Shown here one piece after another: positions 9,583 to 19,022 of a DNA stretch of 51,652 bases. The notes beneath the pieces were generated by a model. It was not told the origin of the DNA and ran no database searches. It saw nothing but the letters and a program-made list of their open reading frames with translations. Location of the stretch: positions 1-51,652 of the forward strand of contig JAOZFH010000002.1 in the NCBI GenBank assembly GCA_027491415.1. The letters run 5' to 3'. The stretch comes from Thermoproteota archaeon. Its GTDB lineage: Archaea; Korarchaeota; Korarchaeia; Korarchaeales; Korarchaeaceae. Within the stretch, counting starts at the first letter, position 1. Every line of letters starts with the position of its first letter. A program made the position numbers and the translations under genes.

Positions 9583-10561
9583 GGAGCTGGTCAGGGTCGA
9601 GGGGCTGAAGAAGTACTTCCCCGTCGAGAGGGGGTTCGTGGAGAGGCTCCTGACCCGTCGGAGGAGGTTCGTCAGGGCCGTCGACGGGGTGACGTTCGGC
9701 ATAAGGAGGGGGGAGGTCCTCTCCCTCGTAGGGGAGACCGGGAGCGGTAAGAGCACGACGGGGAAGCTCATCCTCAGGCTGATAGACCCGACGGAGGGGA
9801 GGATCTACTTCGACGGGGAGGACATCACCGACCTAAGGGGGGAGGAGCTGAGGAGGCTCAGGAGGAGGATGCAGATAATCTACCAAGATCCCTACGCCTC
9901 TCTCAACCCTAGGATGAGGGTAGGCGATGCCATAGCCCACCCGCTCGAGATCCACGGCATGGCCGACAGAGAGGAGAGGAGGGAGGCTGTCCTGGAGATG
10001 CTGGAGAGGGTGGGCCTCGTGCCGGCCGAAGAGTTCTACGACAGGTTCCCGGCCCAGCTCTCAGGGGGACAGCGGCAGAGGGTGGCGATAGCCAGGGCGG
10101 TCATAACCAGGCCCGAGTTCATAGTGGCGGACGAGCCCGTCTCGTCCATAGACGTCTCGCTCAGGGCGTCGATACTTGAGCTCATGATGGACCTCAAGGA
10201 AGAGTTCGGCCTCTCCTACCTGTTCATCACCCACGACCTCGCCGTCGCCAAGTACATCTCCAGCAGGATAGCCGTCATGTACCTGGGCAAGGTTGTGGAG
10301 GTGGGCCCGGTGGAGGAGGTGTTCAGGAATCCGGCTCACCCCTACACCAGAGCCCTGCTGGCGGCCGTGCCGGTGCCGGATCCCGCGAGGGGGCTGGCCC
10401 CCGTTGAACTCAAGGGGGAGATTCCCTCCGCCATCGACATCCCACCCGGGTGCCGGTTCCACCCCAGGTGCCCCGAGGCGAGCGACGTGTGCGGGGAGCG
10501 CGAGCCGGAGATGGTCGAGGTCGGGCCGGACCACTTCGTCGCTTGCCACCTGTACTCCTGA
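9569..10561 (+). CDS. dppF: Peptide ABC transporter ATPase
   Basis: [41 protein letters not shown]. Confidence 0.93.
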   Translation: MGEDEELVRVEGLKKYFPVERGFVERLLTRRRRFVRAVDGVTFGIRRGEVLSLVGETGSGKSTTGKLILRLIDPTEGRIYFDGEDITDLRGEELRRLRRRMQIIYQDPYASLNPRMRVGDAIAHPLEIHGMADREERREAVLEMLERVGLVPAEEFYDRFPAQLSGGQRQRVAIARAVITRPEFIVADEPVSSIDVSLRASILELMMDLKEEFGLSYLFITHDLAVAKYISSRIAVMYLGKVVEVGPVEEVFRNPAHPYTRALLAAVPVPDPARGLAPVELKGEIPSAIDIPPGCRFHPRCPEASDVCGEREPEMVEVGPDHFVACHLYS

Positions 10562-10584
10562 CTCAACTGGGTGCCCGTTCGACT

Positions 10585-11652
10585 TCATGGGGTCATAACC
10601 GGAACAGAGCCAAATCTCCCCAAGTCCACCCAGTCGCCGGGTCTTGCGTCGGCCAGGATCAGTCTCAACCCCAAGGGCCTCCCTTTGATGGCCGCAGCCG
10701 CGAGGACATCCATCATCAGCTTAGCCAAGGTAGGGGGGTTGAAGAGCGGAAGCGCCACCATGTCAACTCCGGCCACGCACACCGTTGACAGGCCGACTAG
10801 ATCCCTCAGTCTGAGTTTGCCACGCGAGGCAAGCTCCTTAAGTCGGTCGTCCTCGGCAACGGGCAGCATGACCTCCGAGAAGCCAACCGTCGGTGCGTAG
10901 TCTCTCAGAGAGGAGAGAATGGCGTTCAGTCGCCAGATCGCCCAGTAGGTGCCTGGCCCGCCGAACTCCTCTTCCGTGAGGGACTCTATCAGGGCCGCGA
11001 CGGACTCCTCCATCCACGGCGACACGGACGGGTCTACGCCGAGGAACTCTATGCCAGAGGACATGGCTATTCTCCTGCCAGCCTCCGTGGCCCAATTCAC
11101 GATTTCGATAATCCTCTGTTTCAGTTGCCTCCAGGATCCGGTCTGCGCGGCCACCCTGAGATCTCCCGCGTAGAGCAGGCTGAGGGAAATGCCCTCCCTC
11201 TCTGAAGCTGTGGACGGGAAGTAGGGCGTCTCGACGAGTCCCCCCAGCCCAAAGGCAATCCTCGTGAGGGCTTCGGGTCCATGGTCTTCGAACACGGAGT
11301 GTAGAAGCCTGGCGAGCTTAGTCGCGAACTCGGGTCGCGGTCGCCTGACCTCGATCCCCACGAAGATCGCGTCGGAGACGGAAAGGAGAGCCGGCGCCCC
11401 GCCAGCCTGATCCAAGCTTAGGGGGATGGAGAGGTACTCCGCACCTGCTTCAGTCGCGCGGTCGTAGACCTCGGCGACGAGGTCCGGGCTCCGCGCCCAA
11501 GGCCCCCTGGGGAGGACGATCCTCTTGGTCCAGGCCAGGTCGCCCGAGGCCGAAAAGGCGGGCTCGGATTTGGCTAGGATGAGGTCCGAGATAGTGTCGA
11601 TTTTCTCAGGATCGACGGGCGGTGCGTGGAAGGCGAGAGCCCTGATCCTCAA
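10585..11652 (-). CDS. DUF711 family protein
   Basis: TPYFP, GVDPSVSPW, VGFSEVMLPVAEDDRL, VCVAGVDMVALP and KGRPLGLRL motifs. Confidence 0.8.
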   Translation of the reverse strand: MRIRALAFHAPPVDPEKIDTISDLILAKSEPAFSASGDLAWTKRIVLPRGPWARSPDLVAEVYDRATEAGAEYLSIPLSLDQAGGAPALLSVSDAIFVGIEVRRPRPEFATKLARLLHSVFEDHGPEALTRIAFGLGGLVETPYFPSTASEREGISLSLLYAGDLRVAAQTGSWRQLKQRIIEIVNWATEAGRRIAMSSGIEFLGVDPSVSPWMEESVAALIESLTEEEFGGPGTYWAIWRLNAILSSLRDYAPTVGFSEVMLPVAEDDRLKELASRGKLRLRDLVGLSTVCVAGVDMVALPLFNPPTLAKLMMDVLAAAAIKGRPLGLRLILADARPGDWVDLGRFGSVPVMTP

Positions 11653-11988
11653 GGCTCAACACCTCGTCATGGGCCCGCCGGATCACGAAAAATCTCTGCT
11701 GCGTGCGTCCAGAACGCGCATGGTCTCGCGTGCCCCCTGGTGGGAACCGGGTCGATAGAGATGTGGCCGAGACGCCCAATGCCTCTTCCCAGGGACGATC
11801 AACCTCGCGCTCGAAGAGAGGAACTTAGTGGTCGTGAAGTCCCGCAGCGATCCCGCCTTGGTTCGGCTCAGAGCTGCGCGGTTGCGGGAGGTCTGAGTCA
11901 GGGAGATCTATGCGCGTCGACAAGGCGGCTGCTTGATTTTTTGGGCCCTCCCTCGCACGACGGTTTGCCCCTCGCGCTTCTCTGAGTG

Positions 11989-12083
11989 CACCGATATATC
12001 CGCCGAATTCTTGGATCAAGAATTGCCCGCCGCGTATGAAGGAACAGACGCGTTCTGCGAGGAGAGGTGCGGATATATCGGTG
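11989..12083. repeat. Perfect 15-bp inverted repeat with a 65-bp spacer that contains a nested 8-bp inverted repeat
   Basis: CACCGATATATCCGC (11989-12003) and GCGGATATATCGGTG (12069-12083); inner AATTCTTG-GAT-CAAGAATT (12006-12024). Confidence 0.9.
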
Positions 12084-12568
12084 AACCCAATAGGAGGAGA
12101 TCTGCGACTCTTTGGAGGCACAGACGGCGGGGAACTTGAGTCTTCTGGAAGGAGTGTCAGAATTACGGGTGGGGCGCGCTGGCAAGACTGTAAAAGGCGA
12201 ACTTCTGCCGGAGGGTACATACTACCCTGTCAGATGAGGAAAGCTCTCCTAGCCTGGCGTGCCCGCCCCAGGCCTCACCGATTGGTGTGGCGAATCGGCG
12301 TGTCCCGCAGACGCAGGGAACATCCCAGAGAGTGGAGCTAGAGGTAAGAGATAACTTGGGAAGCCCTCGAGGGCCCTCGAGGCCCCCTTTTGGCACAGGG
12401 CCATTCTCATCCGTCATAAGGGGTCCCCCAAGGGGCCGAAGTTGGGGACTACCTTGACCATAGAGGAGAGCTACGGGGGACCAAGACCGGCCGCTGCGGT
12501 CACGCTCTTCCTATTTAATCAGGGGTGCCACAACTCCCCCGAGGTGATCGAGAGTTCGGGTTAAGGTA

Positions 12569-14065
12569 ATGCCCGAGAGCTTTCCGGCAGGCCGTAGGAT
12601 AATACTCCTCTCGGCTCAGGATGCCAGGGAGGCAGGCCTGAGACCGTACGACAGGGTTAGAGTTAGCCTGGACAGCAAGAGCGCGACTGCCCTGCTCTCC
12701 GTGGTCGAGGGGATGATCCCACCCGGAGAGGCCGTACTATCGCTGGAACTCAGGGGGGCCCTCGAGGTTCAGTCTGGAGAAGAGGTCACTCTCAGCCTAG
12801 CTGGCAGGCCCAAATCCTTCGACGCCATACGGAAGAAGATGCGGGGGGAGGAGCTGACCCCCGAGGAGATAAGGGCCATAGTGTTTGACGCGGCGAACTA
12901 CGAGATAGGCGAGCTGGAGATAGCCGCCTTCCTGCTGGCTCAGGAGTTCAAGGGAATGAACATGAACGAGATAGTGGCCCTCACGAAGGCCATGGTGGAG
13001 GCGGGCTCCACGGTGGACTTCGGAAGGCCCGTCTACGAGAAGCACTCCATAGGCGGCGTGCCCGGGAACAAGGTCAGCCTCCTAATAGTCCCGATAGCTG
13101 CGTCGCTGGGAGTCTTCATCCCCAAGACCAGCAGCAGGGCGATAACCAGCCCGGCTGGCACCGCTGACACGATGGAGGTCTTAGCCCCGGTGGAGTTCGA
13201 CCTTGAGGAGTACAAGGAGGTGGCCCTCAAGGCAGGAGGGTGCATAGTCTGGGGTGGAAAGCTCGACCTGGCGCCGGTTGACGACATATTCATCAGGATA
13301 GAGCACCCCCTCGGCATAGACCCGAGGAGTCAGATGCTCGCCAGCATATTCTCCAAGAAGCTGGCCGTCGGCATACAGGGGCTCGTCATGGACATACCAA
13401 CGGGGAAGGGGGCCAAGGTTGAGGATCTGAAGGATGCGGAGGCCCTCGCGAGCCAGTTCATCGAGCTGGGCAGGAGGTTTGACGTCAGAGTTCAGTGCGG
13501 CATAACCTACGGGGGACAGCCCGTGGGCCACGCCGTCGGCCCCGCGCTGGAGGCCAGAGAGGCCCTCGAGGCCCTCATGGGCGGGGGGCCGGCCAGCCTG
13601 ATAGAGAAGTCGACTAGCCTGGCCGGCCTGCTGCTGGAGCTCTCCGGCGTGACTACCAAGGGGGCCGGCCAGGATGCCGCGAAGGAGGCCCTAAGGACGG
13701 GAAGGGCGCTTGATAAGATGAGGGAGATAATCGAGGCCCAGGGCGGGGATCCCAAGGTCGAGCCCGGGGACATCCCCGTCGGGGAGTACAGGGTGGAGCT
13801 TAGGGCGCCAGCCGACGGCTACGTTACCGACGTGGACAACGCGTCGATCGCGACGATAGCCAGGCTCGCCGGAGCCCCAAGCGAGAAGGGCGCCGGCGTG
13901 CTCCTCCACGCCAAGCAGGGGTACAAGGTGAAGAAGGGGGATGTGCTCCTCGAGATCTTTGCCGAGAGGGAGTCTAAGCTTACAGAAGCCTATGAGGCTG
14001 CCGTGAGGTTGAGGCCAGTAACCGTCGAGGGCATGCTCCTCCGGAGGGTCCCGGAGTACCTGTGA
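12569..14065 (+). CDS. AMP phosphorylase (archaeal thymidine phosphorylase family)
   Basis: KHSIGGVPGNK, PKTSSRAITSPAGTADTME, DIPTGKGAK, QPVGHAVGPALEA, plus the archaeal N-terminal extension. Confidence 0.93.
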   Translation: MPESFPAGRRIILLSAQDAREAGLRPYDRVRVSLDSKSATALLSVVEGMIPPGEAVLSLELRGALEVQSGEEVTLSLAGRPKSFDAIRKKMRGEELTPEEIRAIVFDAANYEIGELEIAAFLLAQEFKGMNMNEIVALTKAMVEAGSTVDFGRPVYEKHSIGGVPGNKVSLLIVPIAASLGVFIPKTSSRAITSPAGTADTMEVLAPVEFDLEEYKEVALKAGGCIVWGGKLDLAPVDDIFIRIEHPLGIDPRSQMLASIFSKKLAVGIQGLVMDIPTGKGAKVEDLKDAEALASQFIELGRRFDVRVQCGITYGGQPVGHAVGPALEAREALEALMGGGPASLIEKSTSLAGLLLELSGVTTKGAGQDAAKEALRTGRALDKMREIIEAQGGDPKVEPGDIPVGEYRVELRAPADGYVTDVDNASIATIARLAGAPSEKGAGVLLHAKQGYKVKKGDVLLEIFAERESKLTEAYEAAVRLRPVTVEGMLLRRVPEYL

Positions 14066-14403
14066 TTTACCGCGCGCGAGACTTGGAGGGGCCTCTAGGC
14101 CGCGTCGAGTACGCCAGCATGGGCGGGCGCTACTTCGCGGCCAGGCTGGCGGTGACGGAGGCCCGAGAGAGAGGGCAAGCGAGGGTCCTCGTCCTCGGGG
14201 AGATCCACCGTGATCAGCTCACGCCCCTAAGGGGTCTGGCTTGTGAGGGAGGGCTTGAGGTCCACCCTGCGCGAGAGGCCCCGCGAGGTTCTACAGCCTC
14301 GAGGAGGCAGGTCGGCACCTCGACCTCCCGCTCCGCTTCTGGGTCTGGGTCTCCGAGACCCTCGGGGGAATGTAGGCAGGGGACCCTATCCAAGTACCTG
14401 TGA
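14062..14403 (+). CDS. Small hypothetical ORF, possibly a degenerate gene
   Basis: GTGA overlap with the AMP phosphorylase stop; plausible N-terminal half, low-complexity C-terminal half. Confidence 0.3.
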   Translation: MIYRARDLEGPLGRVEYASMGGRYFAARLAVTEARERGQARVLVLGEIHRDQLTPLRGLACEGGLEVHPAREAPRGSTASRRQVGTSTSRSASGSGSPRPSGECRQGTLSKYL

Positions 14404-14410
14404 GCCCGGC

Positions 14411-15340
14411 CTACTGTCCCAGCTGCCTCGCTATGTCCTCCAGGGCCCTGAGCCTGTCCACGATGTTAGGGTGTGTGGAGAATATCCCGAGGATCCTCTC
14501 CGACACCGTAAGCTTCTTCTCCATCAGCGCCCTCCTTAGCTCAGCCGGATCCACTGGGGGGAGCATCGGGTCGGATATGAAGAGCGGGCGTGCCTGGGCA
14601 GCCCGGATCCCCAAGCTGGGATTAGAGCGGGCCGCTATCTTCACCAGCGCGTGTTGGAGCCTCCTGGCGCCCCCGGGAATCACCGTCGCGGCGTGTGCGT
14701 CGGCGTAGTACTCCCTAAGCCTGCTCAGCCTGAGCGACACGAGCCAGAGCACGGTGGCCAGGGCGATCGCCAGGCCTCCGGCGAGGACCAGCTGCCCCCT
14801 GTCGTCCCTGTCCCCCAGGTAGGAAGAGTAGTATAGCGACCTGCCGATGTGGTAGAAGATCGCTGGCAGGGTCGAGGCGAGCATCATCACCTGCATGTCG
14901 CCGTGGGCGACGTGCCCGACCTCGTGAGCAAGGACGGCCTCGACCTCCTCGGGGGAGAGGGTCGAGAGGAGCCCCTCCGTCACGGCCACCCTGTAGCCGG
15001 AGATGGGTGTCCCGTAGGCGAACGCGTTCGGCACGTTGAGCGGAACCAGGACGAGCTTCGGCTTCCTGACTCCGCTCTCCGCCGAGATCCTCTCCAGCGC
15101 CTCGTGGAGCCACGGGGCCTCCGAGGGCTTGAGCTCCCTGGCCCTGTACATGAGCTCGATCAGCGACGGCGAGGTGAGCCACATGAGGAAGTTGAAGGCG
15201 ACGGCCAGGGCGACGGCGGCGAGGGGGTTGACGAACCTCGTGAGCGCCGCGAAGGCCAGCGTCGCCAGCCCTATCAGCAGAGCAAGCGTCCCGAACATCT
15301 CGAAGCGGAGCCTGCCCAAGTTCGCTATTCTGGTGGACAT
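14411..15340 (-). CDS. htpX: HtpX-family zinc metalloprotease (M48)
   Basis: PNAFAYG, VAVTEGLL, AVLAHEVGH, SRLREYYADA, FSTHP. Confidence 0.9.
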   Translation of the reverse strand: MSTRIANLGRLRFEMFGTLALLIGLATLAFAALTRFVNPLAAVALAVAFNFLMWLTSPSLIELMYRARELKPSEAPWLHEALERISAESGVRKPKLVLVPLNVPNAFAYGTPISGYRVAVTEGLLSTLSPEEVEAVLAHEVGHVAHGDMQVMMLASTLPAIFYHIGRSLYYSSYLGDRDDRGQLVLAGGLAIALATVLWLVSLRLSRLREYYADAHAATVIPGGARRLQHALVKIAARSNPSLGIRAAQARPLFISDPMLPPVDPAELRRALMEKKLTVSERILGIFSTHPNIVDRLRALEDIARQLGQ

Positions 15341-15383
15341 ACTCGTGGTTGAGGGGTGGGAGGGGGTAAAAAAGTTGGGGGGC

Positions 15384-16829
15384 TCACGGGAGCTCGCCCA
15401 CTATTGGGAGGCTCCCTATCTGGTCGACCAGCTTGCCCCCCATCCTCACCTCCAGCTTGACCGCGGACCTGAGGGGTCCCTGGAACGTGAGGGTCACCAC
15501 CGCCACCCGAGACGGAGGAACGTTCACCTCTAGGGTGGTGCTGTTCAGGTACCTCCCGCCCATGATCGGGACGCCGGCGGTTATCGTCAGGTTCGCCCAG
15601 TCCTGCCCGAAGTTGGCCACGGTCACCACCACGGTCGCCACTCTGGTGGAGGATTGCCAGATCACGCCGACCCTATTCCTGACGAGGACGGGCATGGGGA
15701 TGCTCTCAAGCTTCGGGAAGAGGAAGATCGGGTGCTCGTAGTCGAGGTATTCTGGAAGGAGGGGTTCCCCGAGCAGCAGGCCCGGCTGAGTGGCGTCGAT
15801 GTAGTAGTACGTGGTCCCGTTGATGTCCCATCTGAGACCCTGCCCCCTGTCAAGCGCGACGGCGACGCCCATGTGTCCCGCGGGGAATCCCGGCTTTCCC
15901 CAGACGATGACGAGGGCGACATCGTACCCCATCTCCATGTACAGCGTCGCCAGGAGGATGGCGTGATCCTCGCAGTCGCCCCCGTAGTCCATCAGAGTCT
16001 CTATGGGGAACCTGGGGTACTCGCCCGACGCCATTATCACGTCCTTCTCCAGGTTGTAGGGTATGTGCTGGACGAAGGCTGCGAGGAATTCGAGGGTCTG
16101 AATCCCGTTGTATCCCTGGGACCTCGCCATGGAGAGGAGCTTGTTCAGGAGGCTCCTTATGTAGGGCCGGGAGAGGGGGTCAGACGCCAGGACGGCCCAG
16201 TCCTCGTAGGGTATCTGATGCTCTGAGGAGACGTAGTACAGGTAGAGGTCCTTTGGGACGGTGAGTCCCATGGAGAACTCCTGGCCTGCGTACGTCCACC
16301 TGAACTCCCTGCTGGCCACCTCGGCTGTCTTGTAGCCGAAGGGAGAGACCTCCGATATCCTGCTCGGGTAGAGTATCCAGTCCTGATACCCTCCCTGTTC
16401 GAAGAGCATGACTGCCTGGTAGGTCTCGACCCTCGTGTGGCCCGCCAGGACCACGTAGTGCCTTCCGTCCACGTTCCTGATGAAGAAGTTGAAGTAGCCG
16501 GACCTCTTCAAGAGCAATTCGCTCTCCAGGTCGGTCAGAATCCGGGACGATATCTCGCCGACTCCCTCGTAGGCCTCCGGACCCCCGAGGACGAATATCG
16601 CGGTCGCCAGATCCTCCACCTGATCCAACCCTGAGGCAGAGACGACGACCACCTCTGCGCCCCTGCCGGAGAGGAACTGGGATAGGGCCTCGGCCGCTCT
16701 CGCGTCTGCCTCGTTGGAGACGATCACGGCCAGGGGGCCGGGTGTTCCGGCCCCCATGTGCGCCGTTGGCAGGAGGAACAGGAGGGTCAGCGCGAGGACC
16801 ATCCCCATTCCCACAGGCGCGCGGCTCAT
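15384..16829 (-). CDS. Secreted transglutaminase-like cysteine protein with an N-terminal cell-surface binding domain
   Basis: Signal peptide; IFVLGGPEA and VVLAGHTRVET resemble cell-wall-binding-2 repeats; FVQHIPY, GDCEDHAIL, GHMGVAV, YYIDAT supply a Cys-His-Asp triad. Confidence 0.75.
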   Translation of the reverse strand: MSRAPVGMGMVLALTLLFLLPTAHMGAGTPGPLAVIVSNEADARAAEALSQFLSGRGAEVVVVSASGLDQVEDLATAIFVLGGPEAYEGVGEISSRILTDLESELLLKRSGYFNFFIRNVDGRHYVVLAGHTRVETYQAVMLFEQGGYQDWILYPSRISEVSPFGYKTAEVASREFRWTYAGQEFSMGLTVPKDLYLYYVSSEHQIPYEDWAVLASDPLSRPYIRSLLNKLLSMARSQGYNGIQTLEFLAAFVQHIPYNLEKDVIMASGEYPRFPIETLMDYGGDCEDHAILLATLYMEMGYDVALVIVWGKPGFPAGHMGVAVALDRGQGLRWDINGTTYYYIDATQPGLLLGEPLLPEYLDYEHPIFLFPKLESIPMPVLVRNRVGVIWQSSTRVATVVVTVANFGQDWANLTITAGVPIMGGRYLNSTTLEVNVPPSRVAVVTLTFQGPLRSAVKLEVRMGGKLVDQIGSLPIVGELP

Positions 16830-16927
16830 CAGGCGGCTACGGGGGTGGGCCGTATTAACGATCGCTCGGCCCGTGCCCGGGGTCGGTAACCTTCTTTTCT
16901 GAGCAACCCAGGAGGCGGGGGTATTCC

Positions 16928-17671
16928 ATGTGCAGGATGATCGCCGCCATCTCGCCTTCGGCGATGCCCGTCTACGCGCCGCTCGAACTCGTCGATGCGC
17001 TCGGCCGCCTCGCGCTGCGCGGGAAAAGCAGTGACGGCCTGGGGCACCCCCACGGTTGGGGAATCCTCGGGCTCAGGAGGGGTCACGTGGTGGAGTACCA
17101 CAGGTCTACCGAGCCGGCGTGGAGGGCGAGTCTCGACGAAGCCTTCAGGGCAGACCTCCTGATACTGCACGCCCGAAAGGCGTCCAAGGGAGAGGTCAGG
17201 CTGGAGAACACCCATCCGCTGGTCAGACTCGTTGGCGGGAGGTTCTGGGGGCTGGCCCACAACGGAACCATTCACGGGTGGGAGGGCCTACTGGAGGAGG
17301 GTGAGAGGGAGGAGATGCTGGGAAGCACCGACACGGAGGCCCTCCTAATTCACCTGTCAAAGGCCGGAGACCTTCAATCGGTGATGGAGAGACTCTCGGA
17401 GCTGAAGGATGACGTCGATCGCCTTGGAGTCGAATCGATCACGTGCCTGCTCACGGATGGGTCGTCCCTGCTTGCCTGCCGCGGGGCCTCGAAGAGGCGA
17501 GACTACTACACCCTCAGCTGGACCGGGAGGGAGTGGGAGGGCATCGAGTCGCTGGTGTTCTCATCCGAGCCCCTTGAGGGCTGGGGAGCCTGGACTCCCC
17601 TGAGGAATTGGTCCGCGCTGCTCGTCAGGCGCGTTGCAGGTGGATTGGAGGTCGACGATGTGGACCTCTGA
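16928..17671 (+). CDS. Class II glutamine amidotransferase family protein
   Basis: N-terminal MCRM nucleophile Cys, HGWG, HARKAS, NTHP, AHNGTI, GSTDTE, SSEP. Confidence 0.9.
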   Translation: MCRMIAAISPSAMPVYAPLELVDALGRLALRGKSSDGLGHPHGWGILGLRRGHVVEYHRSTEPAWRASLDEAFRADLLILHARKASKGEVRLENTHPLVRLVGGRFWGLAHNGTIHGWEGLLEEGEREEMLGSTDTEALLIHLSKAGDLQSVMERLSELKDDVDRLGVESITCLLTDGSSLLACRGASKRRDYYTLSWTGREWEGIESLVFSSEPLEGWGAWTPLRNWSALLVRRVAGGLEVDDVDL

Positions 17672-17720
17672 CCCGACCCCGAGGGGCGCCGCGGGTCGGA
17701 GGGAGGGCGCTCTGGCTCGG

Positions 17721-18155
17721 TCACTCTCCGAGAACGGTGACCTTGACGCGCCGCTTCCGGGGACCGTCCAGCTCCACGAGGAGGACGGCCTGCCAGGTCC
17801 CGAGGTCGAGGTCCCCCGAGCTGACCGGGAGGGTGATCCCCGGCCGTATCATAGAGGACAGGATGTGGGCGTGCGCGTTCTGCTCCCCAGGCAGGCGGGA
17901 GTACTTGGCGTTGTGCCTGTAGTCGCCCTCCACGGGTACGAGCCTGGCGAGGGTCTCCAGGATGTCCTCCCACAGGTCCGGGTCGGGCTCGTTGACCGTC
18001 AGCGCGGCGGTGGTGTGCGGGACCCAGGCGCTCGCGAGCCCCTCGGAGATCCCGCTCTCCCTCACGAGCCGGCGGACTTCCCGGGTCACGTCGATGACCT
18101 CAAGCCTTCGGGAGGATCTCACGCTGACCTCTCCCCTCCAGAGCCTCAAGCTCAA
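17721..18155 (-). CDS. yjbQ: YjbQ/UPF0047 family protein
   Basis: PHTTAALTVNE, NAHAHI, LGTWQAVLLVELDGPR. Confidence 0.9.
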   Translation of the reverse strand: MSLRLWRGEVSVRSSRRLEVIDVTREVRRLVRESGISEGLASAWVPHTTAALTVNEPDPDLWEDILETLARLVPVEGDYRHNAKYSRLPGEQNAHAHILSSMIRPGITLPVSSGDLDLGTWQAVLLVELDGPRKRRVKVTVLGE

Positions 18156-18203
18156 CCCCAGGCGCGCGCCGGTCAGCCATTTTAACGACCGCGGGGGGAC
18201 ATA

Positions 18204-18986
18204 GTGAGGCGAGGTCGCTTGACCTGCATCGTCGACGTGGTGGGGGGGCTCCCGAGAACCGAGAGGATCTACATCAGGGACTCCTACGCGAGAGAGTGCA
18301 GGTCAGAGGTGCTCAGGGTGGTCAGGGACCGGGGCGCAAAGAGGTATCTGGTGCTGGACAGGACCGTCTTCCACCCCCTGGAGGGGGGTCAGCCCAGCGA
18401 CAGGGGTGAGATAGTCGGGGAGAGGTTCAGTCTCACGGTGAAGAAGGCCCTGTCGTCCGCGGGCGTCGTGGCGCACTACGGCACCATAAGCGGCGAGGAC
18501 CCACAGCCGGGAGACGCCGTCACCTGCCGACTGGACTGGGAGAGGCGCTACCTCATAATGAGGCTCCACACCGCCGGCCACATCCTAGACGCGGCCGTGA
18601 GCGAGGTCTTCGGAGGTCCGGTGAACACCCTCGGCGCTAACCACGGCCCACCGGAGGCCCACGTAGACTACGCCGCGAGGCTCCCCTCGGAGGACGAGCT
18701 GGGCCGCATAGAGAGGATCGCGAGCGAGATTGTGTCCGACGACCTGCAGGTGAGGGTCAGGTTCGTCGTCCCGGAGGAGCTGGAGTCTTCCGCCTACAAC
18801 GCCCCAAACCTCGACAGGCTCCCGGAGGCCCCAGTTTACAGGCTGGTAGAGATCCCCGGGAGGAACTCCATCCCGTGCACGGGGACGCACGTCGCCAGGA
18901 CCGGCGAGGTCGGGGGAGTCAGGGTGCTCGGGGCCACGCCCCTGCGGGGTGGGTTCAGGCTCTCTTACTGGGTTACCCGGCCCTAG
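18204..18986 (+). CDS. alaX: AlaX alanyl-tRNA editing protein (start may be near 18237)
   Basis: LDRTVFHPLEGGQPSDRG, DWERRY..MRLHTAGHIL, PCTGTHV Zn-binding motifs. Confidence 0.9.
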   Translation: MRRGRLTCIVDVVGGLPRTERIYIRDSYARECRSEVLRVVRDRGAKRYLVLDRTVFHPLEGGQPSDRGEIVGERFSLTVKKALSSAGVVAHYGTISGEDPQPGDAVTCRLDWERRYLIMRLHTAGHILDAAVSEVFGGPVNTLGANHGPPEAHVDYAARLPSEDELGRIERIASEIVSDDLQVRVRFVVPEELESSAYNAPNLDRLPEAPVYRLVEIPGRNSIPCTGTHVARTGEVGGVRVLGATPLRGGFRLSYWVTRP

Positions 18987-19022
18987 CTGCAGGCCCTTCG
19001 ACGGACCTCGAGCCGCCAACGA

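Noticed and set aside
11989-12083. XerA dif site (arms contain GGATATA)
   Set aside because: dif arms are separated by about 6 bp, not 65 bp.
12230-12500. RNase P RNA candidate (GAGGAAAGCTCTCC resembles the 5' strand of P4)
   Set aside because: No matching 3' AACAGAA...GCTTA element or terminal P1 helix could be found.
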